From NCBI GenBank assembly GCA_965541585.1, contig CBEUCH010000001.1, positions 128,001 to 192,000 on the forward strand: DNA of 64,000 nucleotides, in the 5' to 3' direction. This DNA is from an uncultured bacterium. Its GTDB lineage: Bacteria; Zixibacteria; MSB-5A5; UBA10806. The first letter of the stretch is position 1; each line of letters begins with the position of its first letter. Shown here piece after piece: positions 9,795 through 19,734 of this stretch. The translations under genes were made by a program, and so were the position numbers. The notes under the pieces are model-generated. The model searched no databases. It had not been told where the DNA came from and saw only the letters and a list, made by a program, of their open reading frames with translations.

Positions 9795-12121
9795 AGAGAT
9801 CTATCCTTGCAATAGCGGCGGTCTTATTTCTTGGGGCATCTGTCGGGGCACAACCCGATGCCGGACCGGGACCTGGTGAATTCGGCGTCGAGGTATGGCA
9901 AAAATCCATATTATCGGTCAATATCGAGGGGATTCATAGCGCCGATACATTCCTGGTGCTAAATTCGTCCGCGCTGGTTCCCGGCGATATTGTCACTTCC
10001 GGCCTGGTGCAGGATGCCATAAAGGGCGTTTACGGGCTCGGGTTATTCTCCGAGGTGGGAATCGACGCTGAACCCGCCGAGGCCGGCGTGGTACTGACGA
10101 TAAAAGTCAAAGAATATCCCAAACTCCGCGATCTTAAGTTCTCCGGCAACAAGAAGATCAAAACCAAAAAATTTAAGGAAAAAATCACGCTTTTCGAGGG
10201 GCGACTCGTCTCTCCCAAGGAGATAAAAAACAACGTTGAACGTATAGAATCCATGTATGCCGAGAAAGGGTATCTTCTGGTTAATATTGAAACCGAGCAA
10301 AGCGCGGTGGAAGACGAGGAGGGACTTGTCGACCTGGAATTCAAGATAAGCGAAGGGGAGAAAGTCAGAGTTGGCAGGATAACTTTTTCGGGTAACCGGG
10401 TATTCGCCGATAAGAAGCTCCGGGGCAAAATGTCCACCAAACAAAAGGGATTCTTCAGGTCCGGCAGTTTCGAAAAGGAGAAATACCTCGAGGATAAAGA
10501 TAAGATCATTGAGTTCTATAAGAAGGAAGGGTATATCGATGCTGTCATTCTGGGCGATTCAATATGGTATTCCGAAAATAAGACCCGGATGTTTATCCAG
10601 ATCGAGTTGAGAGAGGGCGAAAGATATTATTTCGGAAATCTTAGCTGGCAAGGAAATACGCTATTTGCCGATGAGGATTTTCAAACGAAGGTGGAATTCA
10701 AAGAGGGGCAGGTCTACGATCAGGAGAAATATGACGAGACTCTATTCAAATTCCATGAAATGTACCAGGACGAGGGTTACTGGTATGCGCAATTTGAGGA
10801 GGAAAACAACGCCCGCGGGGACACCGTTGATTTCCACTGGAGTATTACCGAGAACGATCCAGTCCATATCCGGCTGATTAATATAGTCGGGAATACCAAG
10901 ACTCATGAGAAGGTTATAAGGCGCGAGCTTTTAATTACGCCAAAAACAGTATTCAAAAGATCCATCCTGGGGCGGTCGCTGCGCGAGGTTATGATTCTAA
11001 ACTTTTTTTCCGATGTCACTCCCGACTGGGATGTTCTCCCCAATGGGGATATCGATTTGAAAATCAAGGTCGAGGAGAAGCCTACCGGTCAATTTTCAAT
11101 TGGCGCCGGCTATTCTGCGGTTGATAAGGTAGTTGCCACCATTGGACTCGGGGTTCCCAATCTCTTCGGGACCGGTCAGACCGCTACCTTGAATCTGGAT
11201 CTCGGCAGAAACAGAACTACTTTCGATGTCAGCTATCTGGAGCCATGGTTTCTGGATACTCCCACATCCCTGTCCGGCAATCTTTATCTGCAGGAACGTC
11301 GCTGGTACGATTGGTTTATCGAACGCAGAATCGGCGGCAGCGTCAGAGTCGGGAGAAGACTCCGCTGGCCTGATAACTATTTCCGCATCTTCTCCGGATA
11401 TCGCCTTGAGCTGGTTGATTATCCCGAAGAAGACATCAACCGTTCATATATTGATAGGAATCTGAACAATCCATACTCCGTCGACAAGCAGGATTGGCCA
11501 TTGATCACTTCCTCCGCGAGCCTCACGGTATTGAGGGATTCCCGCGACCTTCCGCAGTTTCCTACCGGCGGATCGGTGGTCTCGTGGAGAGGCGAACTGG
11601 CGGGGACACTCCTGGGAGGCGATTGGAATTATCTTAAGCAGGTCTATTCGGCGGAATACTATAGGACGTTATTCTGGAAAGTGGTGGCAATGACCAGGGT
11701 CAAGTACGCCGAAATAGACGGAATATACCACGGGGAGGACGACATTCCCTATATCGAGAGGCTTGCGCCGGGTGGAGTTGATCCCGACGGGACCATCAGG
11801 GGATACGATGACGGTCGTGTCGGGCCTTATGACAAGAGCGGAGCATTCTTGCGCGGCAGATTTGAGTTGATTTACAACTTTGAGTTAACTGTTGCGGTTG
11901 CCGAGCAGCAGTTTTACATTTTGCTGTTCGCCGACGCTGGCAACTCTTACCGGACTCTTAAAGATATCCGGCTCTTCAAGCGATATTTCAGGTCGGTCGG
12001 GCCGGGGTTCAGGATTGTGATTCCGTATATTGGCATAATGGGATTTGATTTCGGTTACGCCTTCGATGGTTTTCAGAGAGACCAATGGAGTACCCATTTC
12101 CAGATAGGTAGAGGTTTTTGA
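9791..12121 (+). CDS. bamA: Outer membrane protein assembly factor BamA
   Basis: Signal peptide, POTRA repeats (GNTKTHEKVIRREL), barrel with IRGY loop-6 motif, terminal Phe. Confidence 0.95.
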   Translation: MKRSILAIAAVLFLGASVGAQPDAGPGPGEFGVEVWQKSILSVNIEGIHSADTFLVLNSSALVPGDIVTSGLVQDAIKGVYGLGLFSEVGIDAEPAEAGVVLTIKVKEYPKLRDLKFSGNKKIKTKKFKEKITLFEGRLVSPKEIKNNVERIESMYAEKGYLLVNIETEQSAVEDEEGLVDLEFKISEGEKVRVGRITFSGNRVFADKKLRGKMSTKQKGFFRSGSFEKEKYLEDKDKIIEFYKKEGYIDAVILGDSIWYSENKTRMFIQIELREGERYYFGNLSWQGNTLFADEDFQTKVEFKEGQVYDQEKYDETLFKFHEMYQDEGYWYAQFEEENNARGDTVDFHWSITENDPVHIRLINIVGNTKTHEKVIRRELLITPKTVFKRSILGRSLREVMILNFFSDVTPDWDVLPNGDIDLKIKVEEKPTGQFSIGAGYSAVDKVVATIGLGVPNLFGTGQTATLNLDLGRNRTTFDVSYLEPWFLDTPTSLSGNLYLQERRWYDWFIERRIGGSVRVGRRLRWPDNYFRIFSGYRLELVDYPEEDINRSYIDRNLNNPYSVDKQDWPLITSSASLTVLRDSRDLPQFPTGGSVVSWRGELAGTLLGGDWNYLKQVYSAEYYRTLFWKVVAMTRVKYAEIDGIYHGEDDIPYIERLAPGGVDPDGTIRGYDDGRVGPYDKSGAFLRGRFELIYNFELTVAVAEQQFYILLFADAGNSYRTLKDIRLFKRYFRSVGPGFRIVIPYIGIMGFDFGYAFDGFQRDQWSTHFQIGRGF

Positions 12122-12168
12122 TGATCAGCTGTTTGGCTGGAACAAACATAACTTTCAGGAAGGTGATT

Positions 12169-12687
12169 ATGAAATGGTTTGTCTTCGCCGCCGGGGTCAT
12201 AGCATTCAGCGCCCTGCAGGCGAACGCTCAGGGGGGCAAGATCGGCTATGTTAATTCGCAGCGCATTTTCTCCGAGTCCCCCGAGTTTCAGGAGGCCCAG
12301 GCGAGGTTCGATAAAGAGGTCGAGGATTGGAATACTCGCGCCGCCGCCCTGAACGATGTCATAGACAGCATTAAGCTGGATAACGAGAAGAACTCCCTGA
12401 TCTGGTCGGCATCGAAACGCAAAGAGGTGGAGGATCTTCTGACGGCCAAACAGGATTCTCTTCAGCAATTTCTGGATCAGACTTTCGGCCCCAACGGCAA
12501 AGCTGAACGGAGGATGGCGGAGCTTTCCAGACCGATTGAGGAGAGAATTATCGACATAATCAGAGGCGTAGCCATCGAGAAAGATTTTGATATGGTGCTG
12601 GATGTGGCCGCAGTTAGCATCGCTTTCGCCAAGGAAAGTCTGGATTTGACTGAAGATGTACTGGCCGAGATCGCCGAAGAAAAATAG
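12169..12687 (+). CDS. skp: OmpH/Skp periplasmic chaperone
   Basis: KIGYVNSQRIF, coiled coil, DLTEDVL; lies between bamA and lpxD. Confidence 0.9.
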   Translation: MKWFVFAAGVIAFSALQANAQGGKIGYVNSQRIFSESPEFQEAQARFDKEVEDWNTRAAALNDVIDSIKLDNEKNSLIWSASKRKEVEDLLTAKQDSLQQFLDQTFGPNGKAERRMAELSRPIEERIIDIIRGVAIEKDFDMVLDVAAVSIAFAKESLDLTEDVLAEIAEEK

Positions 12688-13707
12688 ATGTCCTTTAGAT
12701 TGGGCCAGATAGCCTCTGCTGTAAAAGCAGAGCTTAAAGGTGATGCCGATCTGCGGATAGAGGGTCTGGCAACCATAGAAACCGCAGAACCGGGCGATTT
12801 GTCATTTATCGCCTCGAGGAAATTCGAAAAACTCGTCGAGAAATCCCGGGCCTCGGCGCTGATAGCTTATCCCGGACTGCAGAGCGCGAAACATTCCCTT
12901 CTGATAGTGGAGAATCCGCAACTGGGATTCGCCATGGCCATGAGGATGTTTTATGATGCATTTTCCTCTGTTACCCCCGGTATCGAAAAGACCGCGGTTA
13001 TTTCGGATGGTGTCGGAATATCCGACGATTGTTACATAGGGCATAATGTCGTGATTTCGAAGGGGGCTCAGATCGGCAAGGGGGTTGAAATCCACGCCGG
13101 GGCTTTCGTGAGCGAGGATGTTTCCATAGGGGATAATTGCCGGATATTTCAAAATGTCGTCATTCGCGAACGTGTGACTATAGGCGCTAATGTCGTAGTA
13201 TACCCCAACGTTGTGATCGGCTCCGACGGATTCGGGTATTGCTGGGATGGATCAAATCATATAAAGATTCCGCAGGCCGGCACGGTTGTCATCGAGGATG
13301 GGGTCGAGATCGGCGCCGGCACCACGATCGACAGGGCAACGCTCGGTGAAACGGTAATAGGCAGGGGGAGCATAATAGATAACCTGGTTCAGATAGCCCA
13401 TAACTGCAAGATCGGACCCTATTCTGTCATATGCGCACAGGTTGGATTGGCAGGATCCACGGTATTGGGCAGAAAGGTAACGCTCGCCGGACAGGTTGGC
13501 GTTGCCGGTCACCTCAAAATAGGCGATGGAGCAATTATCGAGGCCCAATCCGGAGTCCCAGCCGACGTTCCGGCCGGGGCGGTTCAGTTCGGAACGCCCT
13601 CGAGAGATGTTTACCTGGCCCACAAGATCGAAGCTATCCTGAACCGTTTACCGGATTATGTTAAACGCATCAAGAAGCTGGAATCATATTTTGATAGAGA
13701 TAAGTGA
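12688..13707 (+). CDS. lpxD: UDP-3-O-acylglucosamine N-acyltransferase
   Basis: Hexapeptide repeats, [26 protein letters not shown]. Confidence 0.97.
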   Translation: MSFRLGQIASAVKAELKGDADLRIEGLATIETAEPGDLSFIASRKFEKLVEKSRASALIAYPGLQSAKHSLLIVENPQLGFAMAMRMFYDAFSSVTPGIEKTAVISDGVGISDDCYIGHNVVISKGAQIGKGVEIHAGAFVSEDVSIGDNCRIFQNVVIRERVTIGANVVVYPNVVIGSDGFGYCWDGSNHIKIPQAGTVVIEDGVEIGAGTTIDRATLGETVIGRGSIIDNLVQIAHNCKIGPYSVICAQVGLAGSTVLGRKVTLAGQVGVAGHLKIGDGAIIEAQSGVPADVPAGAVQFGTPSRDVYLAHKIEAILNRLPDYVKRIKKLESYFDRDK

Positions 13708-13720
13708 TTTTTATGGGCGG

Positions 13721-13746
13721 GGAACTCTGCGAATAGAGAATTCGTT
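13721..13746 (+). promoter_or_regulatory. ECF-sigma (SigR/SigH-type) promoter upstream of trxA
   Basis: GGAAC-N18-GTT (GGAACtctgcgaatagagaattcGTT) ending 40 nt before trxA ATG. Confidence 0.55.
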
Positions 13747-13785
13747 TTATATCCCGGTTGATTGGTATGTATGAAGGGAGAACAG

Positions 13786-14115
13786 ATGTCCAAGATTGTT
13801 GAAGTAAACGACGCGAATTTTGAAGAGGAAGTCAAAAAGTCCAATGTTCCTGTCATGATCGATTTCTGGGCTGCCTGGTGCGGGCCGTGCCGCATGATTG
13901 CCCCTTTCGTTGACGAGGCCTCTGACGTTTACGATGGCAAGCTGAAGGTGGCCAAGGTGGATGTGGATAATAATCAGAAAATCGCATCCGAATATGCTGT
14001 TATGTCGATTCCTGCGGTGATGTTTTTCAAGGGCGGCGAGGTCATCGATCAGGTGATCGGCGCAGTGCCCAAGAAGACGTTATTCGATAAGATAGATAAA
14101 GTTCTGGCCTCTTGA
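13786..14115 (+). CDS. trxA: Thioredoxin
   Basis: DFWAAWCGPC; GGGAG RBS. Confidence 0.97.
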   Translation: MSKIVEVNDANFEEEVKKSNVPVMIDFWAAWCGPCRMIAPFVDEASDVYDGKLKVAKVDVDNNQKIASEYAVMSIPAVMFFKGGEVIDQVIGAVPKKTLFDKIDKVLAS

Positions 14116-14528
14116 TGGGCGACCATCAAAGTGCCGAGATTGTTAAAAAGATTCTACGCGATTACCATACTGTGGCTGTGGTGGGGCTATCGGACAAACC
14201 TGAACGGCCCAGTCATATAGTTGCATCATACCTGCAATCTCAGGGTTTCAGGATTATTCCCGTGAACCCCCGAATCTCTCGGGTCCTGGGAGAGGACGCA
14301 TATCCCGATCTGGTTTCCATCCCCTTCGAAATTGAAATAGTCGATATTTTTCGCAGAAGCGAAGATATTCCGCCGATAGTTGATGTTGCCATAAAGAAGG
14401 GAGTACGTGCTATCTGGATGCAGGAGGGAGTAGTTAACGGGGCTGCTGCGGAGAAGGCGGAAGCCGCCGGGCTGGAAGTGGTCATGGACCTTTGCATGCT
14501 CAAGGAGCACCAAAAGTACGGTTTGTAG
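14115..14528 (+). CDS. CoA-binding protein (YccU-like)
   Basis: VAVVGLSDKPERPS, IIPVNP, IVDIFRR, IWMQEGV, DLCM. Confidence 0.9.
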   Translation: MGDHQSAEIVKKILRDYHTVAVVGLSDKPERPSHIVASYLQSQGFRIIPVNPRISRVLGEDAYPDLVSIPFEIEIVDIFRRSEDIPPIVDVAIKKGVRAIWMQEGVVNGAAAEKAEAAGLEVVMDLCMLKEHQKYGL

Positions 14529-14666
14529 ATTCTGGCAGCAGTATGATAGCCTATAATAAATCGGATCGGTCTATCCGCTATTACCGGGCTGTTCTCTAAA
14601 CGCTTGATCGCATCTTGCCGATAACATATATTGCATGCGGATAGACTGTTTTTCAAGCGGCTCAAG

Positions 14667-15140
14667 ATGAGAATCAGAGAACCCTACAAGAAAATACCGA
14701 AGGTGGTGGAGGCGACACTCGAGTGGAACGGCCGCATGGGATTTGCCTGCCGGTCGGGTTCCGGCCATAATATTACATCAGACGCCTCTCAAGATCATGG
14801 CGGCGATAATGATGGTCCTCGCCCGATGGAGTTTCTGCTTGTTTCGCTTTCGAGTTGCACCGGCATGGACGTAGCCACATTCCTGAAGAAGCGCAACAGG
14901 GATCTTCAAGATCTGAAGATATCGGCACACGGCCGTAGAACGCCGTCGCATCCCCATGTGTTCGAGAGCATAACGCTGGAATATATGCTGACAGGATCGG
15001 ATCTAACTGACGATGACATTCGGTGGGCCGTAGATTTGTCGCTCCAGAAATACTGTTCAGTGGCCGGCATGCTGGGGAAAGTCTGCAAAATCAATTATCG
15101 TTGGAAGATAATTAAAAAGCCCCGCGGGGAGAAAAAATGA
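14667..15140 (+). CDS. OsmC/YhfA family protein (start uncertain, 14631-14706)
   Basis: GPRPMEFLL..LSSCTGMDV and LSLQKYCSV two-Cys motifs. Confidence 0.85.
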   Translation: MRIREPYKKIPKVVEATLEWNGRMGFACRSGSGHNITSDASQDHGGDNDGPRPMEFLLVSLSSCTGMDVATFLKKRNRDLQDLKISAHGRRTPSHPHVFESITLEYMLTGSDLTDDDIRWAVDLSLQKYCSVAGMLGKVCKINYRWKIIKKPRGEKK

Positions 15141-15970
15141 ACTATCACAGGCCTTTTTCCCATGGCATGGGACGGCAGAGCAGCGTTTTCCCGCCTGTGA
15201 TCAAGTGGCTTTTGATCATCAACGTCGCCGCATTTCTGGGCCCCAGGGTTTTAAATTTCAATCTCGATTTCTTTTACAGGGCCTTCGGTCTGGTGCCGGC
15301 TTATGTTTTCGGCAAGTTCTTCGTGTGGCAGCCGGTTACCTACATGTTCCTGCACGCAGATACATGGCATATTCTGATGAACATGTTTATTCTCTGGATG
15401 TTCGGCTCCGAACTCGAGAGAACCTGGGGATCTAGAGAATTCCTAAGATTCTATTTTACTGCAGGCGTTGGAGCGGGCATAATCAATTTTGTCTTCGCGG
15501 TGTTTAATCCTGCAACGAATCTTATGCCGATAATCGGGGCATCGGGTGCGATCTACGGGATACTTGTGGCTTACGCGATGCTATTCCCGGAGAGATATGT
15601 TTATATCTATTTCCTGATACCGGTAAAGGTCAAATTTCTTGTGATCTTTCTGGTGATTATAGCGTTTCTATCGACTTATAGACCTGATGGGATCGCGCAT
15701 TTCGCTCATCTCGGCGGAGCCCTCGTGGGCTTTCTGTACCTGAAATTCGATTGGAGATGGAAGCTTAGAAAGTGGTTTCCGGGGGAGATTATCAGGCGTG
15801 TGAGAATAGCGCAATCGGCCAAGAAGGTTCAGGAGGAGACGAGAATGATGGAGGAGGTTGATGTAATTCTCGATAAGATAAGTCGGGTCGGTTACGAAAA
15901 CCTCACCAGGCGAGAGAAGAAGATATTGGAAAAGGCATCCGATAAATTATCGGAACATGGCCAAAAGTAG
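15137..15970 (+). CDS. Rhomboid intramembrane serine protease with C-terminal soluble domain
   Basis: HILMNM, GASG catalytic Ser, AHFAHLGG catalytic His; C-terminal EVDVILDKISRVGYENLT. Confidence 0.9.
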   Translation: MNYHRPFSHGMGRQSSVFPPVIKWLLIINVAAFLGPRVLNFNLDFFYRAFGLVPAYVFGKFFVWQPVTYMFLHADTWHILMNMFILWMFGSELERTWGSREFLRFYFTAGVGAGIINFVFAVFNPATNLMPIIGASGAIYGILVAYAMLFPERYVYIYFLIPVKVKFLVIFLVIIAFLSTYRPDGIAHFAHLGGALVGFLYLKFDWRWKLRKWFPGEIIRRVRIAQSAKKVQEETRMMEEVDVILDKISRVGYENLTRREKKILEKASDKLSEHGQK

Positions 15971-16052
15971 AGCTTAAGTAGGCTTACAAGAGAGCCGATT
16001 ATTATTCTGGGCGAAGAATCCTAGCCCGGGTAGGTACAGCCTGACAGGAGAG

Positions 16053-17123
16053 ATGATGAAAAAAGTTATTGTGGCCGATGCGTCTCCTACGATTAAGAGC
16101 GTTGCGGATTCCTTCCTTCGTCAGCACGGGTACAATGTAGTCTGCACCTCGGACGGTCTTCAGGCATGGGAGGTTATCCAGGCCGAGCGACCGGATCTGG
16201 TGCTGGCCGGCCTTAATCTATCGGGAATATCGGGCCTGGAATTATGCCGCCAGATGGCTGGAGATCAGTTGGCCGGCGGAATCCCGGTCGTCCTTATGAT
16301 CGGCGCGAAGGACGATTTTGATGAAGAACAATTGATATCATCAGGCGCACGCGGCCGCCTGAAGAAACCGTTCTCTCCCAGGAATCTGCTGGAGATAACA
16401 TTGAAACTTATAGGGCCGGGCGACGGCGAGTCGCCGGAGAAGTCTGTTGCCAGGGAAGGGACTCCCCGAACCTCGTATCAGGCTGATGTTATTTCGTCGA
16501 CCACACGCCACGCGAAAAAAGAGCCGGAACAGGTTTATAATCTCGATTGGACAGACCTGAAGGAGTTGGATACCGAAAGCTCTGATAAGCCGGAGTCTGA
16601 TAAGCCGGAGAAGGTAGCCAGCTTCGATACCTCAGAGCAGGGCCAGGAGCTTTTGATAGAAAAAGACCAGTTCAATCTCATAGATGAGCAGGCCGGGGGT
16701 GCTACTGCAGAAAACGTATCCGATTCTGAAGAGGATGAGGATTATAACTGGTTTATCGGGGAGATGAAAAGAGAAATAGAGGGTCCCGGATCCAGAGATA
16801 AGCCGGAAGCGTCAGGCCCGCCAGAAACTGCATCGTCGATCCGTATAAAACCGTCCTCCCCCGAAGTCCTGAAGTATGATGATCTGGGACCATCCGGACC
16901 TGATAAGGCAGTCCCGCATGGAGGAGAGCCCGCTGTTGACCAGGCGCTTAAACCGGAGAGCGCTGAAGAAGAAGAGCCGCCCCGTGCAAAACTCACCGGG
17001 GCTGAAATAGATAAGATCGCCGAGGTAGTCGCCTCAAAGCTGGCTGCCCATATTGCCGCCAAAATAGATAAGAAGACGATATTCGAGGCTGTCAAATCGG
17101 TGTTGGATTCCCCGGATTCTTAG
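16053..17123 (+). CDS. Atypical response regulator: receiver domain, acidic/Pro-rich linker, C-terminal helical domain (RomR-like)
   Basis: N-terminal REC fold (VIVADASPTI...IPVVLM...LKKPF) with Gly at the phospho-Asp position (PDLVLAG). Confidence 0.75.
   Translation: MMKKVIVADASPTIKSVADSFLRQHGYNVVCTSDGLQAWEVIQAERPDLVLAGLNLSGISGLELCRQMAGDQLAGGIPVVLMIGAKDDFDEEQLISSGARGRLKKPFSPRNLLEITLKLIGPGDGESPEKSVAREGTPRTSYQADVISSTTRHAKKEPEQVYNLDWTDLKELDTESSDKPESDKPEKVASFDTSEQGQELLIEKDQFNLIDEQAGGATAENVSDSEEDEDYNWFIGEMKREIEGPGSRDKPEASGPPETASSIRIKPSSPEVLKYDDLGPSGPDKAVPHGGEPAVDQALKPESAEEEEPPRAKLTGAEIDKIAEVVASKLAAHIAAKIDKKTIFEAVKSVLDSPDS
16581..16610 (+). repeat. Perfect 2x15-bp tandem repeat encoding SDKPE-SDKPE
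   Basis: TCTGATAAGCCGGAG twice in tandem. Confidence 0.9.
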
Positions 17124-17603
17124 GCCAGAGTGCGGACTTTGATTAGTAAGATCCATTGAGTCATTAGAGCCTTTCATCTTTACCATGGGACCGACCGGCT
17201 GTTTTTTTATCGGGCAATCCTGATAAATGGGCAACCCCTGGAACAGTTTCCTGGTTTATACGTGAAAATGATCGGTTGATGGTGGCATTTGAGGCCATTA
17301 TGAAATTGATTCTGCAGAAGGGATTTAAAGAAAGATTATTGGCGAACGAGATGGAATTTAATCAACATGAATTGTTCAGTTAAGAAGCAAAAGTCCGGAA
17401 ATGGCAGATAAAACTAAGACACCGCCTGCAGGGGCCTCCTGTTTCTCCGAGCCTTCGCCAGGATTGACAGGGGGGCTCAAGAGAGTCTGCGATTATCTGA
17501 TCCAGCGAGGCTTACCTCGGATTGCAGCGTATAATAAGCCTGTGGTCGGGCACGGTGCCGATATTAAAGGGCCAGTAATGGTAACGAAAGGGGTTTTCGC
17601 CTG

Positions 17604-19541
17604 ATGCTTCATCGTACGAGATCGTTTTCATCGAGCCGCTTGCTGTGGGGCATGTTTGCCGTTGTAGTCCTGCTCTTGTCTTTCGGAGATATTCAATCTG
17701 ATTTGAGGGCGCAGGAAGAATCGAAGCCGGATGCTATTGTGATCGGGGATCCCGTGACCGTTGGGGCGTTTTCTTCACATTTTGAAATTTCCCCGGGAGA
17801 AACGTTCCAGGTGCTTCTGCGACTGACAATAGATGATGAATGGCATGTCAATTCGAATACGCCTTTGCAGGATTATCTGATACCGACTGTGGTCAGCCTG
17901 GATGAAGATTCCGATTTCATCGTAAGGGAGATTTCATATCCAAGAGGGAAACGGATGACCTTTGCCTTCAGTCCCGATGAGCCCCTTTCAGTATATGGCG
18001 ATATCGTCTGGATTAAGATGCTGCTCGCTTCAACCGAAAGCGCAGAGATAAAAACTGCTCCCCTCCGGGTATCGATCATAACCCAGGCTTGCAATGACAG
18101 GATGTGTTTGGCGCCTGCGACGAAGATTCTATCATTCCCGATGAAGATAGATCCCGCAGCGGCGAGTGTGGGATTACGCCACGCCTCGCTTTTTAAATCG
18201 CACGGCATCAGCGAAGTGGCTACATTGAATTCGACAGCGGCGGAGCCCGGCAGCAAAAGCGATCTGCCTGATGCCGAAGCAATGGGTTTCTGGGGGATGC
18301 TGCGGGAATTCGACGCCACCGCTTTTGTGGACCGCTACGGATATATACTGGCCTTTATCGCCATGTATATTCTCGGAATGGGTCTAACCCTGACCCCCTG
18401 CGTTTATCCTATTATTCCCATCACCATAGGATTTTTCGGCTCTCAATCCGGAGGACGGTGGACGAGGCAATTGTTGATAGCCGGCGTCTTCGGTGTTGGC
18501 ATAGCCATAAGCTATGCTGCGGTGGGGACCGTGGCTGCATTTTCGGGATCGCTAATGGGCGCCGCCCTGCAGAATATATGGGTTCTCGTAGCTCTGGCGA
18601 CGCTCTGTGTGGTGATGGGATTGAATGCCTTCGGTGCCTTCGAGCTTCGCCTCCCGGGCTGGTTTATGAATCTGGCCGGAGGAAGCTCCCGCAGAGGGAT
18701 CGTCGGCTCGGCAGTGATGGGCCTCACCATGGGAATCGCCTCGGCGCCATGCCTGGCGGCCTTCATAATAAGCCTTCTGGCTTTCGTGGGTCAAAAGGGC
18801 GATCCCATACTGGGTTTTTCCATGTTCCTCATGCTGGGTCTCGGCCTGGCCACGCCATTCGTGGCTCTGGGGACGTTCTCCGGGATGGTTCACAAGATTC
18901 CAAAATCCGGCGAATGGTTGGTCTATGCCAAGAAGTTGATGGGCTCTTTGCTTTTCGCCGCCGCACTATATTTTTTAAATACTATCATTCCGGGTTCGAT
19001 TTTCAATTCGATTGTTCTGGTAAGCCTGGTTGCCGCCGGCCTGTATTTCGGCTTTTTCGAAAAGACTCCTGTCAAAACCATCATATTCCGTGTCGTTCGG
19101 CTTGCTTTAGGAGCAATGTTCATCGGCGTCTCCCTGTGGTGGGGGATGCCTGCGGGGGAGATGGCGCAAGGTTCAGGGATCAGCTGGCAGCCATATTCCG
19201 AAGCCGCCTTGGATCAGGCAAAAGGATCGAATCGTCCGGTGGTTATTGATTTCTTTGCCGACTGGTGTATTCCCTGCAAGCAGCTGGATAAATCCTCATT
19301 TTCCGACCAACAGGTGATACAACTCAGCAAGGATTTCCTAATGCTCAAGGCTGACGTGACACGGGGAAGTTCGCCGGAGGTGAAATCGCTTCTGGGGCAA
19401 TATAGTATCAGAGGAGTTCCCACCATCGTATTTATCGGGCCGGATGGCCGGGAACAGGAGAATCTTCGCATCGTCCAGTTCGAACCTGCCGTCGAAGTTT
19501 TGTCGAGGTTTCAAAAGCTCTCCTCGCTACAAAAAGAGTAA
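17604..19541 (+). CDS. dsbD: Thiol:disulfide interchange protein DsbD (alpha, TM-beta, thioredoxin-gamma)
   Basis: QACNDRMC, LTPCVYP, SAPCLAA, DFFADWCIPC. Confidence 0.9.
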   Translation: MLHRTRSFSSSRLLWGMFAVVVLLLSFGDIQSDLRAQEESKPDAIVIGDPVTVGAFSSHFEISPGETFQVLLRLTIDDEWHVNSNTPLQDYLIPTVVSLDEDSDFIVREISYPRGKRMTFAFSPDEPLSVYGDIVWIKMLLASTESAEIKTAPLRVSIITQACNDRMCLAPATKILSFPMKIDPAAASVGLRHASLFKSHGISEVATLNSTAAEPGSKSDLPDAEAMGFWGMLREFDATAFVDRYGYILAFIAMYILGMGLTLTPCVYPIIPITIGFFGSQSGGRWTRQLLIAGVFGVGIAISYAAVGTVAAFSGSLMGAALQNIWVLVALATLCVVMGLNAFGAFELRLPGWFMNLAGGSSRRGIVGSAVMGLTMGIASAPCLAAFIISLLAFVGQKGDPILGFSMFLMLGLGLATPFVALGTFSGMVHKIPKSGEWLVYAKKLMGSLLFAAALYFLNTIIPGSIFNSIVLVSLVAAGLYFGFFEKTPVKTIIFRVVRLALGAMFIGVSLWWGMPAGEMAQGSGISWQPYSEAALDQAKGSNRPVVIDFFADWCIPCKQLDKSSFSDQQVIQLSKDFLMLKADVTRGSSPEVKSLLGQYSIRGVPTIVFIGPDGREQENLRIVQFEPAVEVLSRFQKLSSLQKE

Positions 19542-19686
19542 TAATCTGTCCGAGCTAAAAAGCGGAATTATATACAACATGATATTGCCGGGCTATCATC
19601 TGAATGAGTAACAGGAGCCCTATCATGGACAGAATTCATCCATTAATATATTAATAATTAATAAATCTCTCGAAAATCGCCACCGA

Positions 19687-19712
19687 GGAACTATTCGGAA
19701 ATGGTCGTGGTT
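19687..19712 (+). promoter_or_regulatory. ECF-sigma (SigR/SigH-type) promoter
   Basis: GGAAC-N18-GTT (GGAACtattcggaaatggtcgtgGTT) 22 nt before GTG 19735. Confidence 0.5.
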
Positions 19713-19734
19713 TCAAAGGGTGGTGCTTCGATAA

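Noticed and set aside
17124..17400. Possible riboswitch or ncRNA in the long intergenic region
   Set aside because: No recognisable c-di-GMP, cobalamin, SAM or TPP consensus; the GGAAC/GGAAT motifs there do not fit N18-GTT spacing
17401..17604. 67-aa ORF abutting the dsbD start
   Set aside because: No clear RBS or recognisable motif, and it overlaps promoter-like TTGACA/TATAAT sequences; probably non-coding
18458..19249. 263-aa alternative-frame ORF within dsbD, and other long antisense or overlapping ORFs in the track
   Set aside because: Shadow ORFs of well-supported genes with no protein-like motifs
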